Assembly: GCA_977862235.1 (NCBI GenBank)
Contig: OZ374562.1
Coordinates: 1,488,001 to 1,552,000, forward strand
Source of the DNA: Dudresnaya verticillata
Taxonomy: Eukaryota
Direction of reading: 5' to 3'
Length of the DNA: 64,000 nt
Below are positions 59,465 to 64,000 of this stretch, in pieces. A program made the position numbers and the translations under genes. How positions within the stretch are numbered: the first letter of the stretch is position 1; each line of letters opens with the position of its first letter. Below the pieces are notes generated by a model, which searched no databases, was not told the DNA's origin, and worked only from the letters and a program-made list of their open reading frames with translations.

Positions 59465-60089
59465 TCTGAAGCGTTAATTACAACAGAATACTTGAGAGGT
59501 AGTCAAAGATCCACGTCTAGGACACTTGGAACCTTTTGGAGGTAGAACCCCTGATACTGAAACTCCCACGGGTAGAAACAATTGAAACCAACTGTCCACG
59601 GGTAGAGCGCTTGAAACCAAACTTTTCATATGGTGTCAATGTTTTACGCCGATGAAAAGGTAATGAATACCGGGAATAGCGATCTATGCTGAGCGTCCGA
59701 AACCCAGAGTGGGTTGCATGAGTCTGTGTTCCCAGTTTGGGAGACAGTGGGTCCAAATCCGGGTCTTCTGTCGCGACCAGAATCAGAAGGATGCTAAAGA
59801 TGCATCCTCGCTCCGGGTACCAGATCCAATGTTGCCCATGAAAACGGGAATAGAATATGAAAAGTGCAACTCTGGGTCTCCCTCGACATGGTGGATACAG
59901 TACATATGGCCACCGCCCGTCGTTCTCCCTACGAGGCGGCAATTGTATGCTTTCTTCCTCAAGAGAGGAAAGGTGTTACACTCGATTTCCGGGTGGGGAC
60001 GTATCTAACCGCATGTCAATTGAACCCACTGATAACCATGCTGAGTTGCCATTTAAGTCATCGAACACCCAGGACGCCGGTCCAGAGGA

Positions 60090-63000
60090 CTAAAGCAAGA
60101 TCATCAACCATCTTCTTGCCAGCAGTCTTGGTGGTCGTTCAGTTATGTGGCCTCGCGCTGAACTCGTGCAACCGCACCAGCCGAGCTACTTTAAGCCCGA
60201 TACAAATCTGTATCGGGACACTATTCAGAAGGATAGAAGTAATGGAAAGGAACTGGAGTACATCCGCAGCGCGGGACCTGGTTCGAGCAGGCCCTTTGTG
60301 CATTCGATTTATTCAAGGATTCTGGAGACGCTGCCGAGCAAGGAAGGTTGCTCTAGCTCCTGTAAAACTCTCTCTTGGCTAGAAAGGAAGTACTGGCGAT
60401 TCGTACCTCCCACTTCCATGCTGTACTCACTAAGGGTCCGGCGATGGCTAGACAAACCGCAGAACTTGTGGAAACGAAACTTGAAGCGAAACATGCCCAA
60501 GCCCAGTCCGCGATGTATGCATCGGTCTATCAAGATCTGTCTGCTACGTACGTTGTTGAAACGGCCAAATGAATCGAAAAGGCAGGCATCAGCAACTCTT
60601 CTGCCGAAAAGGATCGCGACGCGCCCAAGGCGGGCGGCTCGAATAAATGATGAACAGTACAGAACCCCACCGACCGCTCACCTGGCACCACGCCAGGTGG
60701 GCATTCACACTCCAAGCTTCGGCGAAATGCCGAAGCTTGGAGTTCCATCGGGGAATCTGTTATCCGCTGTCTGCGCTTTGGGATCTGGGATCCCCTGGAT
60801 GTGCCCTTTGCCGAAGGGAAAATGCTTCCGGAGACCCCCCAGAGTGCTGCAGACAAATCTTTCACTGCAAGGGATTTAGAGGAAGGCTGTGCCACCGGAA
60901 TTTATCAGCCCATAACGAAGGATTACGCCCTGCAACAAGTCCAAAAGGGGAACTACGTATTTTCTTCATTCGTGGACTGGCGTGAAGGGAAGGGACGCTT
61001 TGTTACCATTTGAAGAAGCAATCAACCCACTGGGCGAAGAAGTCAGTGCTGATGGAGACGCTTTCCATCTTTGGGGCTTTCCTTATGGTGGGGGATCACA
61101 CGATCTCCTTCGACTGAAAAGGGGGATACCGCCATTTTGCTTTGAACAGTCGGATGTGGAACTGGTTCATATTTCGGTATCAAGGAAAGTTCTACAGATG
61201 TATTGCGCTCCCATTTCGGTGGACACGGTCACTCTTTTGGTTTTGCCACCTCCTGGCCCCGTTAACCAGGTACATGAGGTCTGCTTTGAACTGTTGTGTG
61301 CTAACATGGATCGACGACTATCTATTTGTCCCTGGTATTGGAACCTCGACAAGCAGCGCACGGGATTGTGTGCAACTATGCGGGGTCTTGGATGCATTGT
61401 TTCCAAAGCTTGGACTATTAAGACATCCGGACAAAGACGTCTGGGGCCGAGGCACTAATCGTCTAGAACATCTCGGTTTGGTCATAGACACAGAGCACTT
61501 CAGATATTTTGTTATGGACCAAAAGATTGGAAAGCTCCAGGACTTGTCCAAAGCTCTGCTCACTACTGCGGCGAAGCCCAAATGTTGAGTACGGGATTCC
61601 CTAGTTCGCACTTTCACGGCGAAGGCGGTTGCACAGCTAACCCCAATCCCGCTGGCGTGTTTCTTCACCCGGGGCTTATTCGAAGATCTACTTCAGGACC
61701 GTCGGCGCATAGGGCGATATCCATCCTGCAACATTCGTCTCAGCAACTCTGGGCTAAGAGATCTCAAGGCCTGGAGCGAGACGTTGGTTGGCGATGGGCG
61801 TCTTATTTATGGTGGTCGGGAAGCCTGGAACCTCCACACGGACGCCTCGGATATTGGATTTGGAGGTACGCTTCGCCGGGACTTGTCTGCTGGAGCGGAT
61901 GGCGAGGTGCATGTGCGACAGGTGTGGTCCCCATTCCTGAGGTTGAAATCTATCCACTACAGAGCTGGTGGCAGTACGTCGTACGTTGGAAGGGAACTTG
62001 ATCCACGCGCAGATGCACGGGCACCAGGGTAGGATAAGGTTACATGTAGACAATATGGAGGTCTTCCATGTCACCAACAATATGGTTTCTTCCAGCCCCG
62101 AGCTAATGTCAGAGCTACGCCTCCTACACAACCTCCTACAGAAAATGAAGGTAACTCTCAGGGCCGTGTGGATCCCGTCCGCTTTGAAACGTCACGCCGA
62201 CCGCCTGATTCGCACACGGGACTGCCGGGATCTAGCAGGAACACCTTCGTTACTTCGATTATTAGAAGCCTCTCTCAGTTTACAGCACGTTGGTCGCTTC
62301 TGGCCACTCAAGGAGGCCGCCGCGACCCGCTCGAAGGCCATACGCCCACAGTTCCAGAGTATTGGGGCGACGGGCTGAGTCGTCTTTGGAACCCCCCACC
62401 TCAGCTCATCGCGTTCACCCTCCTTAAAATCGAAGCAGAGCAGGCACACGGGGTCATTCTAGTACCACACTGGACAGAGACGTCTTGGTACAAGCTACTA
62501 CAACGGCTTTGTCTAACCTCCCGAGTGATACATCCCGGACACGGCTCCCTATTCGCTTCCGCCTCCGCCAATCCGGCATGGGCAATCGAAATAGCCGAAG
62601 CCGGCAGACGGCCTCCCTCGCGATCAAGTCTGCCATCAGAGATCGCGTCCCTCGAACTAGAGGCGGAGAGTCCAGCATAAGACTAGGGGCTCATGCACTG
62701 AGTCAGAGTACGGTTCAGTCGAAGTCGAGCCAGTGGCGCAAGTTTATCATATTTTGCTTGGATGAAGGACATCGTCCGCTTGCGGTTTCACGTGGTACAG
62801 TATCGGCGTACGTTGGGCATTTGTTTCAAGAGAATCGTATCCACGGGCGATCTTTGAAACACTACCCATCGGCAATTAGGACAACACATGCACGTGTAGA
62901 GCTTCTCAACCCTTGTACAAGACAGGCTCTGCAAGATCTGATTCGTGTTTTTCGAAGTCAGGATGACACCCGAGGAGTATATCGTGATATCCACGCGGGG

Positions 63001-63110
63001 CTGCCCGCAAGTATTGCTGCTCGCATTCGCCAATTTGCGCTACAGCAAGTACCTGGAACACCAGAGCAAAGGGATGCGGCGCTAATTGAATTTCAGTATC
63101 TTATGTCATG
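60090..63110 (+). mobile_element. DIRS-type (tyrosine recombinase) retrotransposon remnant: gag-like ORF, RT, RNase H, methyltransferase-like domain, N-terminal half of YR
   Basis: RT SFD..GYRHF, YRCIALPFRW, WIDDYL, HLGL; RH LHTDASDIGFGG, IH..ELVAV, LHVDN; MT-like LWNPP...GVILVPHW...WY; overlapping YR frame 62485-63110 (STVQSKSSQWRKF...RDAALI); start approximate. Confidence 0.88.
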
Positions 63111-63114
63111 GGGC

Positions 63115-64000
63115 GTGTGGTATAACGAAGTCCACGGAGACGCGGGGAAGTCTCGCACTGTAAGGAATGGCCACGGAGCCTAACGTGTGGCCTCGTAGCC
63201 GAACGGAGAAAGGAAAAGGGACGGTAGCATGGTAGAGCGGAGCGACCAAAACGAAGGACCACGGTGACAACGTATTCGTGTGCGGAAGGGAGAACTCGAG
63301 CGATCGAACACCGGGGATAAGTGCGGATGCGCAGGGCTATCGAAAGCGAGGCTCGACCGTATCCGCGGTCACGAAGACGAAGACACCCAACGCGGAGAAA
63401 CAGGCGTTTACCGAAGACTCCGAGGTCCGGGCGCTAGTCGCTTCCCGGAAACCCTCGGAGGTTGTGCCAGACGACTGGCTAAGTACTACTACGTGAGCAC
63501 GAATAAAAGTCAACGCGGGAGACGGTCCGTACTCGAATGATTCGTAACGGCCTCGGTGCCATCGAACGGTCGTCTCACGTATAGTGGCTGTTACGAAGTT
63601 CGCCAACGATGCATACGGAGGTGCGCTCGCGTCGTGGGCCTCGGATCCGTTACACAAGGAAACAACGGGAAAACCACGAAGGTGTCAGCGATTTCGTATC
63701 GGGTGCGCGCTGTAATGCGCATTGCCATCGTGGCGCGCGCGATCACGGAGTCAACTCGGAATTCGTCCGGAGGTGTCAGCGATTTCATATCGCGTGCGCA
63801 CTGTAATGCGAATTGCCATCGTGGCGCGCGCACAGTATGCGCACTGTAATACGTTTGCCATCGTCGCGTGCGCATTCATGGAGTCACTTCGAAATTCGTA
63901 TTTCTCGATTATTTTCACGTAGACCCCAGAGTAGTTTTGCGCACAGCGTCTATACCACAGCGCGAGGCTTCTGGGAGAACCGTTCAAGTTCAAGATGTCC
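63115..64000 (-). pseudogene. Second copy of the unknown antisense gene (runs off the window)
   Basis: Colinear with ~50950-51700; shared peptides NGSEA, APPYA, TIRETTVR, QSS.TTSEG, WY.RC.Q..S.V.VKII.K. Confidence 0.75.

Overview
This is a eukaryotic, gene-poor, transposon-dense window of nested retroelements; I found no intact cellular gene. The element families look red-algal, but that is inference only. (1) A young, structurally complete chromodomain-bearing Ty3/Gypsy element, E1 (78-10956, minus strand), has 774-bp near-identical LTRs, a GTCAG target-site duplication (TSD) and a ~2.2-kb extra 3' region bracketed by two polypurine tracts (PPT). (2) A sister element, E2 (12281-~20955, plus strand), is inserted into the gag of an older retroelement and is 3'-truncated at a LINE remnant. 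(3) Older material includes two LINE RT remnants, several Gypsy remnants of two lineages (YLDD-type and WLDD-type RT), solo LTRs, a tRNA-derived SINE, a TA-flanked MITE, a PIF/Harbinger transposase remnant next to apparent captured host-gene fragments (one polyprenol-reductase-like), and a DIRS-type element (RT-RNaseH-methyltransferase-like + tyrosine recombinase). The best novelty candidate is a ~3-kb decayed gene of unrecognised family lying antisense just downstream of a Gypsy pol (49234-52198). A second copy at 63115-64000 differs mainly at synonymous sites in the block I checked, suggesting a conserved accessory module carried by these chromoviral elements. Boundaries of old remnants are approximate and all homology calls are by-eye motif recognition, not database searches.
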